From NCBI GenBank assembly GCA_002719295.1, contig PBHC01000012.1:133212-197211 (forward strand): a DNA stretch of 64,000 nucleotides, given 5' to 3'. Under the pieces are notes generated by a model. The model was not told where the DNA came from. It worked only from the letters and a program-made list of their open reading frames with translations, and ran no database searches. This stretch comes from Chloroflexota bacterium (lineage in GTDB: Bacteria > Chloroflexota > Dehalococcoidia > Lucifugimonadales > Lucifugimonadaceae). Shown piece by piece: positions 9,937-21,001 of the stretch. Every line of letters begins with the position of its first letter. The stretch's first letter is position 1. The translations under genes and the position numbers were made by a program.

Positions 9937-10917
9937 TTATAATATTTTTATTATTTCGTCCTGATCAAATCTTTTTAGTTTTAAAGATTTACCTTTATTA
10001 ATAATGATATTACCTTTTTCTTTTTTTGTCGTTTTTCCAATTATTGATGAAGGAATATTATTATTATTAAGCTCTTTAATTATGTTTTTAGAATTATTTG
10101 AATTACTGATAATAATAAGACAACCTGAACTAATAACTCCTAAAGGATTTATTTTTAATGATTTGCAAGCTTTTTCAAAATTTTCTACGAATTTAATTTT
10201 TTCAAATTCTATTTCACACCCAACTTCTCCATATTCAGTTATCTCATTTATTGCAGTTGAAATCCCTCCCTCTGTAGGGTCATGCATTTTTATAACTCCT
10301 CCAGACCTAATTGCACATTCGGAAATCTTTTTTACAGATATTGATAAGTCTTTACAGTGAGATTCTAATCTTTTTATTTCTTCCTTATCATTGCTTATAT
10401 TGGAACAAATTATTTTACTTCCTTCAATTCCTACTAATCCTCCTATAATAATATCTTGATCTGGTTTGATTTTTTCGTTTTCATTAAAACCTTTGTTGTA
10501 AATACCAATAATAGTTCCTGAAACAATTATTTTATTTACTGAAGAAGTAACTTCAGTGTGACCTCCAACTATATCTATATGATTCAAATTAGCTTTGTGC
10601 GAGAGACCTAAAAGATTATTTCTTAATACTTCAAAAGATGTATTAAGAGGAACTAAACAAGTAACTAAAAGCCATTTAGGAATTCCTCCTGAAGCATATA
10701 TATCATTAGAACAAATATCTACTAAATAACTTCCAATATTTTCTGTATCAAAAGTTATGGGATCTGAAGAAACTAATATTTTTTTATTATCAGAAATATT
10801 TATTTCTGTTGAATCTTCCCCAATTTTTGGGGTTTTTGAATTAGAATTATTTATATCGCTAAATAGTTTTTTTAGTAAATTATTATTAAGTTTTCCCTCT
10901 GGAAGAATATTCATCAT
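9937..10917 (-). CDS. AIR synthase-related (HypE/ThiL-like) protein
   Basis: IGEDS, SSDPIT, NDI..SG, IVGGHTEVT, MHDPTEGG, LGVISSG. Confidence 0.8.
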   Translation of the reverse strand: MMNILPEGKLNNNLLKKLFSDINNSNSKTPKIGEDSTEINISDNKKILVSSDPITFDTENIGSYLVDICSNDIYASGGIPKWLLVTCLVPLNTSFEVLRNNLLGLSHKANLNHIDIVGGHTEVTSSVNKIIVSGTIIGIYNKGFNENEKIKPDQDIIIGGLVGIEGSKIICSNISNDKEEIKRLESHCKDLSISVKKISECAIRSGGVIKMHDPTEGGISTAINEITEYGEVGCEIEFEKIKFVENFEKACKSLKINPLGVISSGCLIIISNSNNSKNIIKELNNNNIPSSIIGKTTKKEKGNIIINKGKSLKLKRFDQDEIIKIL

Positions 10918-11753
10918 TTAGGCATCCCTGGGAACTCTATTGTAGAAAGTATTTCTTCGACAATACTCAATATTGTGTTTCCTGAAGTTATACTTTCATC
11001 AACGTAAACATAATATGGGTTTTTATTACAATACAATAACATTTCAATAGATGAATCCTCTTTTTCAAATATAAGTTTGTAGTTAGCCTCACAAATATCA
11101 GATTGAGTAATCGTAATTTTTTTATTTATGGAATTAATAATGCTATTAATCCTTTCTTCGTTTTCTATAGTAGAAATTAGTTTTTCTTCTTTATTTAATC
11201 TGAGTTCAATTCTTTTTGTATTTGATAATTCATACTTTTCAACAAAGTTGAAATTAGCATTTATATTTGATTTTTTTATCTGAGTGCAATTAATATAGTT
11301 AGTTCTTAAATCAGTATGATATTCTTCTTTTTCATTGTTTTTTATAACATTTAACTTATATCCATCAGTAATTACTTCGGCATAGAACATTCCATTTACT
11401 GGGCATCCTAATGCACTTGAATTCCATGTTACTTCTTCAAAAGAATCAAAAGTAAAATTATTGATATCTATTTTTTCTTCTGAAATTATTTTTGCCAAAA
11501 TCATACTAATATAATCTGGTATTTGTTCATCTAATTCAGATGAATTATTTGATTTATTATTTTCTTTTACTTGTTTTACTCTTTCTTGTATTATTTTTTC
11601 GGCTTCTTCTTCTGTTATTCTAGGCTTCTTTTCATTAGATTTTTGAGGAATCAGTTTTTCATCTTCTTGTTCTACTTTTTCTTTAGACTCATTAGGTTCG
11701 CTTATAAAGTGTTGGTTAGTGTCAAGAATTTGAGGATCATCTTTTTTAGGCAC
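10914..11753 (-). CDS. hypothetical, probably membrane-anchored protein (true start may be near 11918)
   Basis: EEVTWNSSALGCP..GMFYAEVITDGY motif; open frame with a TM segment continues upstream of the called GTG. Confidence 0.7.
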   Translation of the reverse strand: MPKKDDPQILDTNQHFISEPNESKEKVEQEDEKLIPQKSNEKKPRITEEEAEKIIQERVKQVKENNKSNNSSELDEQIPDYISMILAKIISEEKIDINNFTFDSFEEVTWNSSALGCPVNGMFYAEVITDGYKLNVIKNNEKEEYHTDLRTNYINCTQIKKSNINANFNFVEKYELSNTKRIELRLNKEEKLISTIENEERINSIINSINKKITITQSDICEANYKLIFEKEDSSIEMLLYCNKNPYYVYVDESITSGNTILSIVEEILSTIEFPGMPK

Positions 11754-11977
11754 AGTTTCTTTACTTAAATCTTTGTTAGAAAGATTTTTTTCATCATATA
11801 TATTGGGACTGCTTGTATAAAAATTATTCTCTAATATTAAAAAAACTATTGTTATAGAAAATAAAATGACAATTAGGACAGAAATTAAGTTTATGTATCT
11901 TATAAAAACGTTATAAATGAAATACCCCTTATGAATGAATAGTTATTGTATACTGATTAGGTAGAAATAATATTAAA

Positions 11978-13597
11978 ATGTCAGCACTTTCATCAAATTC
12001 AATTATATACAAGAAATTTAAAAAATTAGATTTGGGACTTACTGTCATCCATTTTTCCTCCTTGGTTTTAGGTTTTTTCCTAGTTCTTCCTTTGCTATAT
12101 TTGCTAGCTAAAATAACTTTTGAATTTAATTTATTCTTTGATTTTATATTTAATACTAATATATTGAAATTATCTTTTAACACCGTTTCATTGATAGTTC
12201 TAGTGGTTGTTTTTTCAGTTTTAATTTCATTACCATTGGCTTTTTTGAATGTGCGTAGTAATCTTCCTTTTGCAAAATACTTAACCTCAATTTCAGTTTT
12301 ACCAATTGCATTACCTAGCTATGTAATGGCAACAACTCAGATTGAAATTTGGAGTAAGAATGGATGGGTTCATAATTTTTTAAAATTATTTTTCGAAATG
12401 AAAACATTTCCATCATTTTATGGTTTAATTGGTTCTGTTTTTGTATTGTCCCTAATTACTTACCCATATGTATATATTGGGCTTGCAGCTATGTTTAGAA
12501 GATTTGATTATCAGATGATTGATGCTTCTAAAACATTAGGAGATAATTCTTTTCAAACATTTACTAAAATTATTTTTCCTTTAGTTAGTCCTACAATTGT
12601 TGGAGGATCTTTGCTTGTTTCTTTGTATGTTTTAAGTGATTTTGGAGCAGTTTCATTATTGAGATTTAATACTTTTACAATAGCTATTTTTAACAGAATG
12701 TATAACAGTATTAGTAATTACGGAGTTCTAGAAATATCTCTTCTTGCAATTTTATTTTGTTTTGTAATTTTATTTATAGAATCAAGAACCAAAAATGAAT
12801 CAAGGCATTTTTCAAACTCAAATTTATCTGATTACAAAAAATCAGATTTAGGATTATGGAAATGGGTTCTACTCCCAATATCTTTGATTCCATTGATTTT
12901 TGGATTTATCCTTCCTATTTCTGTTCTTATTTATTGGCTTATAATTGGGATAGGGGAAGATACTGGTTTTTCTGATGTCATTCAACCTACTATAAATACA
13001 TTAATGATCTCTTCAGTATCAGCAATATTTATTACACTGGTTTGCATTCCTTTGTTGATCACTATTAAGAAAAATATAAGAGTACTTTCTTTTATAATAG
13101 ATAAAGTATCTTATATTGGCCTGTCTCTTCCAGGAGTAATTGTTTCTATGTCTTTAGTCTTCTTCTGTATAAATTATTTTGATTACATCTATCAAACCTT
13201 TATTGTTTTGGTTTTAGGATATTTTATTTCTTTTTTACCTGCTGCATTAGGTCCAATCAAAGCTAGTATGACTCAAATAGATCCCAAGCTAGAAGATGCA
13301 TCATTAACTCTTGGTGCAAGTAGAATTAAAACTTATATTAATGTGGTTGTAAAATTATCAAGCCCAGGATTTATTTATGGAGGTGTTTTAGTATTTATTC
13401 TTTGTCTAAAAGAACTACCTGCAACATTAATATTAAGCCCCATAGGTTTCCAAACTTTAGCAACTGAAATTTGGAGTAATGCAAGTGAGGCCTTTTTTAT
13501 AAAAACGGCTTTGGCGTCTATCGTTTTAGTTATAATAGCTGGAGTCCCGTCTTATATTTTTATGTCTAATGATTTATCAAAAAGGCTAGGGAATTAA
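11978..13597 (+). CDS. fbpB: Fe(III) ABC transporter permease (FbpB type)
   Basis: Duplicated permease with EAA loops (DASKTLG, EDASLTLGAS), YPYVY, DFG, KELPAT. Confidence 0.85.
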   Translation: MSALSSNSIIYKKFKKLDLGLTVIHFSSLVLGFFLVLPLLYLLAKITFEFNLFFDFIFNTNILKLSFNTVSLIVLVVVFSVLISLPLAFLNVRSNLPFAKYLTSISVLPIALPSYVMATTQIEIWSKNGWVHNFLKLFFEMKTFPSFYGLIGSVFVLSLITYPYVYIGLAAMFRRFDYQMIDASKTLGDNSFQTFTKIIFPLVSPTIVGGSLLVSLYVLSDFGAVSLLRFNTFTIAIFNRMYNSISNYGVLEISLLAILFCFVILFIESRTKNESRHFSNSNLSDYKKSDLGLWKWVLLPISLIPLIFGFILPISVLIYWLIIGIGEDTGFSDVIQPTINTLMISSVSAIFITLVCIPLLITIKKNIRVLSFIIDKVSYIGLSLPGVIVSMSLVFFCINYFDYIYQTFIVLVLGYFISFLPAALGPIKASMTQIDPKLEDASLTLGASRIKTYINVVVKLSSPGFIYGGVLVFILCLKELPATLILSPIGFQTLATEIWSNASEAFFIKTALASIVLVIIAGVPSYIFMSNDLSKRLGN

Positions 13598-14652
13598 TGA
13601 CTAATCAAGAAAATACAGGAATTATACCTAAGCTAGAAATTGCAGATATGCATTTTTCATATACTTCAGAGCATGAAGTTTTATCAAATTTATCTTTAAA
13701 AGTGCAGGATAGAGAATTTGTCAGTGTAATTGGAGACAGTGGTGCAGGAAAAACGACTTTGTTTAGAGCTATTAATGGCTTGGAAAAAGTTAATGAGGGT
13801 TATATAAGATTAGATGGTTACCTTCAATCTGCAGCTTTTTTTCATATACCAGCTGAAAAAAGATCTATAGGAACTATTTTTCAAGATTATGCACTTTTCC
13901 CTCATTTAAATGTCGAAAAAAATATTAAATATGCTCTAAAAAGTTCTAATTTTGATAAAAATTTTTATGAAAACATTTTGGCGTTATTACGAGTAGAAGA
14001 ATTACTAGATAGATTTGTGGATGAATTATCTGGGGGACAAAAACAAAGAATTGCGTTAGCTAGATCTTTAGTTAGAAAACCAAAATTATTGTTAATGGAT
14101 GAACCTTTTTCAAATTTAGATAGAAATCTAAGAGTACAAATTAGAAGAGAACTTAAACAAATTTTTAAAGATATAGGCACAACAGTTTTACTTATAACTC
14201 ATGATTCTGAAGAAGCTTTGAGTCTATCTGATAAAGTTGGATTCCTATATGCAGGAGAAATCATACAATTTTCTACTCCAGAAAAAATTTATGACAGACC
14301 TGATCATAGTATTATTGCAAAATCTATATCTAATTCAAATGTTATTTTTGGAGATGTTTATAAAAATAAAGTTTCAACTTTTATAGGCAATTTTATTTTG
14401 GATGAAAATTTCAATGAACAAAGTAAAATTTACATCAATGTAAAACCAGATCAATTGTCAATAAATCTTAACCAGAAAAATTTTGTCATAAAAGATAAAG
14501 AGTTTTTAGAAGGAAGCCAGCTTTTTGTTCTTAATGAAATTGACACAGGAATGGAGCTAAACGTTAAGATGCCTAATAGTAGTGATTATCAAATAGGTCA
14601 AAACGTTGGTATAGAAATTATAAAAAAAGAAGTAAATAAATTATTGGAATAG
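13597..14652 (+). CDS. fbpC: Fe(III) ABC transporter ATPase (FbpC type)
   Basis: GDSGAGKT, FQDYALFPHL, LSGGQKQR, LLMDEPFSNLD. Confidence 0.85.
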   Translation: MTNQENTGIIPKLEIADMHFSYTSEHEVLSNLSLKVQDREFVSVIGDSGAGKTTLFRAINGLEKVNEGYIRLDGYLQSAAFFHIPAEKRSIGTIFQDYALFPHLNVEKNIKYALKSSNFDKNFYENILALLRVEELLDRFVDELSGGQKQRIALARSLVRKPKLLLMDEPFSNLDRNLRVQIRRELKQIFKDIGTTVLLITHDSEEALSLSDKVGFLYAGEIIQFSTPEKIYDRPDHSIIAKSISNSNVIFGDVYKNKVSTFIGNFILDENFNEQSKIYINVKPDQLSINLNQKNFVIKDKEFLEGSQLFVLNEIDTGMELNVKMPNSSDYQIGQNVGIEIIKKEVNKLLE

Positions 14653-14660
14653 CGAATATA

Positions 14661-15893
14661 TTAATATTTCTTGATTACAACGCAGGCATTTTGACCACCA
14701 AATCCAAAGCTATTGGATAAAGCTATATCAACGTTCTTTTTTATTTTCTTGTTTGGAACATAATTTAAGTCACATTCAGGATCAGGGTTTTCTAAGTTTA
14801 TTGTTGGGTGTATTTCACCATGAATAGTAGATTGAATACAAGCTATGATTTCTAATGCTCCAGAAGCCCCTAAAGAGTGTCCGACCATAGATTTAGTTGA
14901 AGAAATAGGAATATTATATGCCTCATCTCCAAATAAATTCTTAATAGCTAGTGTTTCAATTCGATCATTTGTTGGAGTCGAAGTCCCGTGAGCATTTATA
15001 TAATCTATTTCACTTTTTTCTAATCCAGCATCCTCAATAGCGAGTTTCATAGCTTTAGTTGCTCCTAATCCTTCTTTATGGGGCTGGACCAAATGAAAAG
15101 CATCAGAAGTGACTCCAAATCCTGCAATTTCAGCAATTGGTTTAGCTCCTCTATTAAGAGCATGCTCTTCTGATTCTAAAATTAGTATTCCAGCGCCCTC
15201 AGAAGGAGCAAATCCATCTCTGTTCGCATCAAATGGCCTGCTAGCCTTAGAAGGATCACCATCCCATGTTGATAAAGCATGCATTGTACTAAATCCTCCC
15301 ATTCCTATTTCACAAATACCTGACTCAGCTCCACCAGTAATTACTATATCTGCTTTATTATTTTTTATTATTTCTGCAGCTTCACCTATAGCTTGAGTAG
15401 AGGCTGCGCAAGCTGTTATACAAGTATTGTTATATCCTGTAGCTTGATAAATCCTTGAAATGTTTGCAGAAGCCATATTTGATAACATTGATGGTATATA
15501 AAAAGGACTCATTCTCATTACGCCTTTTGTTTCCTTGATTGCTGCTTGTTGATCTGTTTCTGGTAGCCCCCCTGCACCAGTTCCAATTAAAACACCTATT
15601 CTATCTGTATCAATTTTACCTAAAAATTTTGATTGCTCTACTGCATCTTTAGCTGCAGCTACAGCTAGTTGAGAAAATCTCCCCATTCTTTTAGCTTCTT
15701 TTGGGTTCATCCATTCTCCTGGTTCAAAATTTTGGACTTCGCCACTAACTTTGCACGGGAAATCATCTGAACTAACTTGAGTTATTGTTCGAATTCCAGA
15801 AACTCCATTTGATAAAGAGGTCCAATAATCTTTTACAGTATTTCCTAAACAACTTTGTATTCCAATACCTGTTACTACTATTTTTTTACTCAT
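14661..15893 (-). CDS. fabF: 3-oxoacyl-ACP synthase II
   Basis: TACAA, NAHGTST, KSMVGHSLGASG, SNSFGFGGQN. Confidence 0.96.
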   Translation of the reverse strand: MSKKIVVTGIGIQSCLGNTVKDYWTSLSNGVSGIRTITQVSSDDFPCKVSGEVQNFEPGEWMNPKEAKRMGRFSQLAVAAAKDAVEQSKFLGKIDTDRIGVLIGTGAGGLPETDQQAAIKETKGVMRMSPFYIPSMLSNMASANISRIYQATGYNNTCITACAASTQAIGEAAEIIKNNKADIVITGGAESGICEIGMGGFSTMHALSTWDGDPSKASRPFDANRDGFAPSEGAGILILESEEHALNRGAKPIAEIAGFGVTSDAFHLVQPHKEGLGATKAMKLAIEDAGLEKSEIDYINAHGTSTPTNDRIETLAIKNLFGDEAYNIPISSTKSMVGHSLGASGALEIIACIQSTIHGEIHPTINLENPDPECDLNYVPNKKIKKNVDIALSNSFGFGGQNACVVIKKY

Positions 15894-17238
15894 AATTATA
15901 TTTTTCTGGTTTGATTTCTTTAATTATTTCTATTATTTCTGATGCTATGTAAAGAGAACCGAATGCTACGATTACTCCATCAAAATCAATAATACTTTTT
16001 GCTATTTTATATGCTTCTTTAGTGTTATTTGTTAATTCTATTATATTTAATCTTAAATCTTTTATTTCTTTATGTATCTTTGTTGGATTTTTTGCTTTTG
16101 GAATTCTGCTTTTAGTAATAATTATTTTAGGATTGAATTTTTTTATAGGCCTTAATGTCTCTAAAGAATTATGACCTTCTGATCCACCATAAATCCAAAT
16201 AATATTATCAAAATTTACTTTTTGGCCTTTCAAGACATCAATCAATGCTTTAGTTGATTTAATATTTTGAGCCCCATCAATAACATTTTTTATTCCACTT
16301 TTATTTATGATTTCACACCTTCCTATCATGTGAGTTTTTGAAATATTTTTTGTTATCAATTCCCAATTTGGGGTAATAGATTTAATCCCTAAGAACACAT
16401 CAATGGATTTTAGTGCAGTCTTTATATTTTCTAATTGATGCTTTCCTAATAAAGAAGTAGTAAATTTATATTTATTTAAAAATTTTAATTTCTGCTCCAT
16501 ATTATTTATTGAATTAGCTTTGTTTTTAATTAATTCTATATTTTTAGAACTAAATAATTTTGCATTATTTTTTTTTGCTGAAAGTTCTATAACTTCGTGT
16601 GCATTTTTTACTTGATTTGAAGTAACAACAGGAATGTTTTTCTTGATAATCCCAGCTTTTTCATATGATATTTTTTTTATAGTATTTCCTAAAATTTTAG
16701 TATGATCTTTGCTTATTTGAGTTATTACACAAATTGTTGGTTCTATAACATTAGTTGAATCGAGTCTTCCGCCTAATCCAACTTCAATTATTGATAAATC
16801 TACTTTTTCATCTCTAAAAATAACTAAAGATAAAAGGGTCATAAACTCGAAGAAAGATGGTCGTTGGCTTAAGTCATTTTTCATTATTGATACAATTTCC
16901 CAAACCTTTACAAAATATTTATTAAATAATTTTTTTGATATTGGAGAATTATTGATTTTAATTCTTTCAGTAACAGAGTGCATATGTGGAGATGTGAATA
17001 ATCCAACTTTGTATTGCATAAGACCATTTGATATTAAGTTTGAAGTAGATCCTTTTCCTTTTGATCCAGCTACATGTATAAAAACCTGATTTTTATTTGG
17101 ATAATTAAATTTCTTCATCATGTACTCTACTCTTTCAAGATGAAATCCAGGAGGATTATTCTTACTTTTTTCATATTCAAAATTAGTAAGACTCATTAAT
17201 TTATCTATATTTTTTACGTAAAGAGATTCTTCATTCAT
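15886..17238 (-). CDS. folC: folylpolyglutamate synthase/dihydrofolate synthase
   Basis: HVAGSKGKGS, FTSPH, EVGLGGRLDSTN, EKAGIIK, FGSLY. Confidence 0.93.
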   Translation of the reverse strand: MNEESLYVKNIDKLMSLTNFEYEKSKNNPPGFHLERVEYMMKKFNYPNKNQVFIHVAGSKGKGSTSNLISNGLMQYKVGLFTSPHMHSVTERIKINNSPISKKLFNKYFVKVWEIVSIMKNDLSQRPSFFEFMTLLSLVIFRDEKVDLSIIEVGLGGRLDSTNVIEPTICVITQISKDHTKILGNTIKKISYEKAGIIKKNIPVVTSNQVKNAHEVIELSAKKNNAKLFSSKNIELIKNKANSINNMEQKLKFLNKYKFTTSLLGKHQLENIKTALKSIDVFLGIKSITPNWELITKNISKTHMIGRCEIINKSGIKNVIDGAQNIKSTKALIDVLKGQKVNFDNIIWIYGGSEGHNSLETLRPIKKFNPKIIITKSRIPKAKNPTKIHKEIKDLRLNIIELTNNTKEAYKIAKSIIDFDGVIVAFGSLYIASEIIEIIKEIKPEKYNYE

Positions 17239-17310
17239 GATTATTTACTTTATGTTTTCTAATAAGCATTATAATTACTTAAATGTTATATTTTTTTAGA
17301 GGGGTTTTTT

Positions 17311-18171
17311 ATGAAATTTTTATCCATTCAAGAGAGAAATTATGAAATTGATGACTTGTTAGTATCTACAGATTGGTTATTAAAGAATATAAATAATGAA
17401 AATTTAATCATTTTAGATCTAGATTCTAGAGAAGAATATCTTTCATCTCATATTCCAGGTTCGCTTAACGTAATTGATAACTATTATAAAACGTCTTTAG
17501 AAGACAGGACTCATGTTCAAAATCCAGATCAAATTACTAAAACCTTTTCGGACTTAGGCGTTTCCTCAGATTCCGTGGTAGTCGGATATGACAGATCTGC
17601 ATGTTTGTATTCATTTAGATTAGCTTGGGTATTAAAATATTTTGGACATTCAAATGTTAAAGTTTTAGACGGAGGGTTCCCTAAATGGGATTTTGAAGGA
17701 AAAGATAAAGAATCCGAAGATAATCTTCCTAAGAATAAAGGTAATTTCAATCCCAAAAAACCAGTTAATGAAATTTTTGCAAATAGAGATGAACTGTTGG
17801 AAATTTTAGAAAAGAATAAAGATATTCAAATATTTGATGTAAGGTCAGATGATGAAAGAAATGGGATAAACCTCCGTGGTGGCAAAAGAGGAGGATATAT
17901 TCCTACTTCACTCCATAAAGAATGGGTAAATTTTAATACAATTGGAGATGTTCCAATACTAAAAACTTCAGATGAAATATTGCAAATAACCCAATCATTA
18001 GGTTTAGACCCCAATAAGCCAACTATAACTTATTGCCAAGGAGGAATCAGAGCTGCTCATGTTTTTTGGACCTTGAAATTAGCAGGATTTAAAAATGTGA
18101 AAAACTATGATGCTTCTTGGAGGGAATGGGGACATGATGAAAGTTGTCCAATAATAGATATGACAAAATGA
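17311..18171 (+). CDS. tandem-domain sulfurtransferase (rhodanese/SseA family)
   Basis: LVSTDWL, HIPG, VLDGG, YCQGGIRA, YDASWREW. Confidence 0.92.
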   Translation: MKFLSIQERNYEIDDLLVSTDWLLKNINNENLIILDLDSREEYLSSHIPGSLNVIDNYYKTSLEDRTHVQNPDQITKTFSDLGVSSDSVVVGYDRSACLYSFRLAWVLKYFGHSNVKVLDGGFPKWDFEGKDKESEDNLPKNKGNFNPKKPVNEIFANRDELLEILEKNKDIQIFDVRSDDERNGINLRGGKRGGYIPTSLHKEWVNFNTIGDVPILKTSDEILQITQSLGLDPNKPTITYCQGGIRAAHVFWTLKLAGFKNVKNYDASWREWGHDESCPIIDMTK

Positions 18172-18974
18172 CAAAAATAAAAAATAAAATCTTAATAGTG
18201 CTTGATGGATCCGAAGAACTTGAAAATTCATTAAATATTGTCACTGAAACTAATATTTTGAATTGTGATCAAATCGTATTATTCTTTATATTAAACCCTT
18301 TTAATCCAATTACTAAAGGTCAAGAAAGAGAAGTTTTATATAACGATTTTGTTCATGATCACGGAAGAAGACTTGCAACTTTATACATAGAAAAATTAGA
18401 ATCCTTAATTCATTCAAAAAATATAGATATAGAAATTTCAAATAATTTAGTAAATTCTTATGAAAATATTGCTAGAAGACTAAGTTTAGGAGATATAGAT
18501 TTGACAATTTTTTCGATAAAATTTTCTAACAAAATAGACTATGTTTTCAATAAATCAAAGAATCTCAACTATTTGCTAAACGTATCAAACAACATTTTAA
18601 TATTACCTTATGAATTTATTCATAATTCAAGTAATAAAAATAACTTGGTTGTATCTTATTCAGAAGTAAATAATAAAAATCCTTTTGATATTTTTTTGAA
18701 ATCATTTGATTTTGACAGAATAACTTTGTTGTATGAAAAACAAAAAAAATCAGATGTTGAAGAATTTATTGATCAAAATTCAAATAAAAACCTATCATTA
18801 GAATTATTGGAGAATGACTCTAAAGTCTTTAAAAATTTAGTAGAGTTATCTAAAGAATATAACCTGATTTTTTCTAAAGAACCAAATGGGAAAATGAAAC
18901 TTTGGGACAGCTTCAAAAAGTTTTCTAACTATTCCTTTCTTGACAAAAAAATTCCTTTATTTTTTTATAAATAA
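18168..18974 (+). CDS. divergent universal-stress-protein-like protein
   Basis: N-terminal KILIVLDGSE; ATG at 18168 overlaps the upstream stop (ATGA). Confidence 0.55.
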   Translation: MTKIKNKILIVLDGSEELENSLNIVTETNILNCDQIVLFFILNPFNPITKGQEREVLYNDFVHDHGRRLATLYIEKLESLIHSKNIDIEISNNLVNSYENIARRLSLGDIDLTIFSIKFSNKIDYVFNKSKNLNYLLNVSNNILILPYEFIHNSSNKNNLVVSYSEVNNKNPFDIFLKSFDFDRITLLYEKQKKSDVEEFIDQNSNKNLSLELLENDSKVFKNLVELSKEYNLIFSKEPNGKMKLWDSFKKFSNYSFLDKKIPLFFYK

Positions 18975-18975
18975 A

Positions 18976-19389
18976 TTAGTTAGATTTTGCTCTTGCAGCA
19001 TAGCTTATTAATGCTCCTACTAAATTTCCAAACCAAGTATATGGGATTAATACAATGGCTAAAATCATAGCTAAAATAGGATCCATCCCTGCAACTTCAG
19101 ATTGATTTGAACGTTGAATTAATGAGTATGCAATAATAAAAACACTTGGAATTGCTGTAATTCCCGTAGTTATAAAGCTAAAAAAGATAATTTTTTCTTT
19201 TTCAGCTTTAGCTATAGATCCTCCTATAAATCCTCCTATAAATGGACTTAATGGAACTGCAAAAAAATGAACTACAGGTATTGGAATAAAAATAAACATT
19301 AGAATTACTGAAGTTAGAGCACCTTTTAGCACGTTATTAGCCTTAAATTTATAGTATTTTAATTGTATTCTAAAAGTTAAATTGCACAA
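18976..19389 (-). CDS. small membrane protein
   Basis: Hydrophobic helices with PFIGGFIGG; start uncertain. Confidence 0.65.
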   Translation of the reverse strand: MCNLTFRIQLKYYKFKANNVLKGALTSVILMFIFIPIPVVHFFAVPLSPFIGGFIGGSIAKAEKEKIIFFSFITTGITAIPSVFIIAYSLIQRSNQSEVAGMDPILAMILAIVLIPYTWFGNLVGALISYAARAKSN

Positions 19390-19398
19390 GGATCTAAT

Positions 19399-21000
19399 TT
19401 GCCAAAAAATTTACCATTTAAGGATATAGTTATTGTAGGCTCAGGAGCTTCAGGAGGAGCTTGTGCATGGAGATTATCTAACAGTGGTGCGTCTGTAGTT
19501 TTATTAGAACAAGGACCTTGGTTTGATAAAGAAAACTATCCAGGAGATTCAAATTCTTGGGAGATAGATTCAAAAAATTCTTTTGATTTCAACCCCAATG
19601 TTAGAAAATTAGATTCTGATTACGAAATTTTAGATAAAGAATCAGATATTCACCCCTTAATGTTCAATGCGGTTGGAGGATCTACTCATCATTGGACTGC
19701 TCATACACCTAGATTTCATCCATCTGATTTTAGAGTTAAGGCACTTGATGGAGTAGCTGACGATTGGCCTATTTCATATTGGGATTTAGAAAAATATTAT
19801 GATATAAATGATGAAATGATGGGATGTTCAGGTGTAAATGGAGACCCTGCAAATCCTCCTAGGACTGAAAGGCAAATGCCTCCTCTTCCATTGGGTCCTG
19901 ATGGAGAAAGAATAGCAAAAGCTGCAGATAAACTTGGTTGGCATTGGTGGCCATCAGACTCATATCAAGCATCTGAGGATTATAAAGGAAGAGTTGGATG
20001 GAATAATCATGGTACATTTGCTTCAAAAAAGAAATGGCAAGCTATAGCATCTACAGATCATACATATATTAGACCTGCAATGGAAAATGGTTTAGAAGTA
20101 AGAGAAAATTGTGCTGTTCAAGAAATATCTGTTGATAATTCAGGAAAATTAAAAGGAGTTGTTTATGTAGATAATAAAGGGATACAGTATTTTCAAGAAG
20201 CAGGCAAAGTAATTGTAGCCTGTAATGGAATTGGTACTCCCAGATTATTGCTAAATAGTAAATCAAAAATTTTCCCAAATGGGTTAGCAAATTCAAGTGG
20301 ATTAGTAGGAAAAAATTTAATGTATCATCCATATGCTAGTGTGAGTGGGATTTTTGATGATGATGAAATAAATTATTCTTTGGGTCCATTAGCAAATATA
20401 ATTATTGTACAAGAATTTTATGAAACAGATGAGTCTAGAGATTTTGTAAGAGGATATTCATTTCAAATGAATAGATCTCATGGTCCAGGTCATACAGCGC
20501 TGGGAACAGGGAGTGGGGGAAAAATTGTTCCATGGGGAAAAGAACACCATCGAGAATTTAAAAGAAAATTCAAGAAGTATTTAGGAATGGCAGTCATCAG
20601 TGAAGATTTACCTGAGCTTCATAATAGAGTTGAAATAGATGAAAACCTAAAAGATAAAAATGGAATTCCTCTTCCAAGAATTTTTTACAAGACATCTAAA
20701 AATACTAGAAATCTTTTAGATCACGGAATTAGATCAGCAGAAAAACTACTAAAAGAAGCAGGTTGTTATGAAACGCATGTTATCCCTACCCTTGAGTCAG
20801 CAGGATGGCATCTAATGGGAACAGCTAAAATGGGTGAAGATCCAAAAACTTCTGTTGTAAAAGCAAATTGCGAAACACATGATGTAGATAATTTATATAT
20901 TATAGATGGATCCGTGTTTACAACATCTGGAGCGGTGAATCCAACTCCTACTATTCAAGCCATAGCATTAATGGCCTCAGATAAGATATTAGGAGGTTAA
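19399..21000 (+). CDS. GMC-family FAD oxidoreductase
   Basis: GSGASGG, VGGST, TPRLLLNS, GLVGKNLMYH, HLMGTAKMG, NPTPT. Confidence 0.93.
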   Translation: MPKNLPFKDIVIVGSGASGGACAWRLSNSGASVVLLEQGPWFDKENYPGDSNSWEIDSKNSFDFNPNVRKLDSDYEILDKESDIHPLMFNAVGGSTHHWTAHTPRFHPSDFRVKALDGVADDWPISYWDLEKYYDINDEMMGCSGVNGDPANPPRTERQMPPLPLGPDGERIAKAADKLGWHWWPSDSYQASEDYKGRVGWNNHGTFASKKKWQAIASTDHTYIRPAMENGLEVRENCAVQEISVDNSGKLKGVVYVDNKGIQYFQEAGKVIVACNGIGTPRLLLNSKSKIFPNGLANSSGLVGKNLMYHPYASVSGIFDDDEINYSLGPLANIIIVQEFYETDESRDFVRGYSFQMNRSHGPGHTALGTGSGGKIVPWGKEHHREFKRKFKKYLGMAVISEDLPELHNRVEIDENLKDKNGIPLPRIFYKTSKNTRNLLDHGIRSAEKLLKEAGCYETHVIPTLESAGWHLMGTAKMGEDPKTSVVKANCETHDVDNLYIIDGSVFTTSGAVNPTPTIQAIALMASDKILGG

Positions 21001-21001
21001 G

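Noticed and set aside
11978..14652. Iron ABC permease and ATPase without a binding-protein gene
   Set aside because: Split ABC loci are common and the binding protein may lie outside the window
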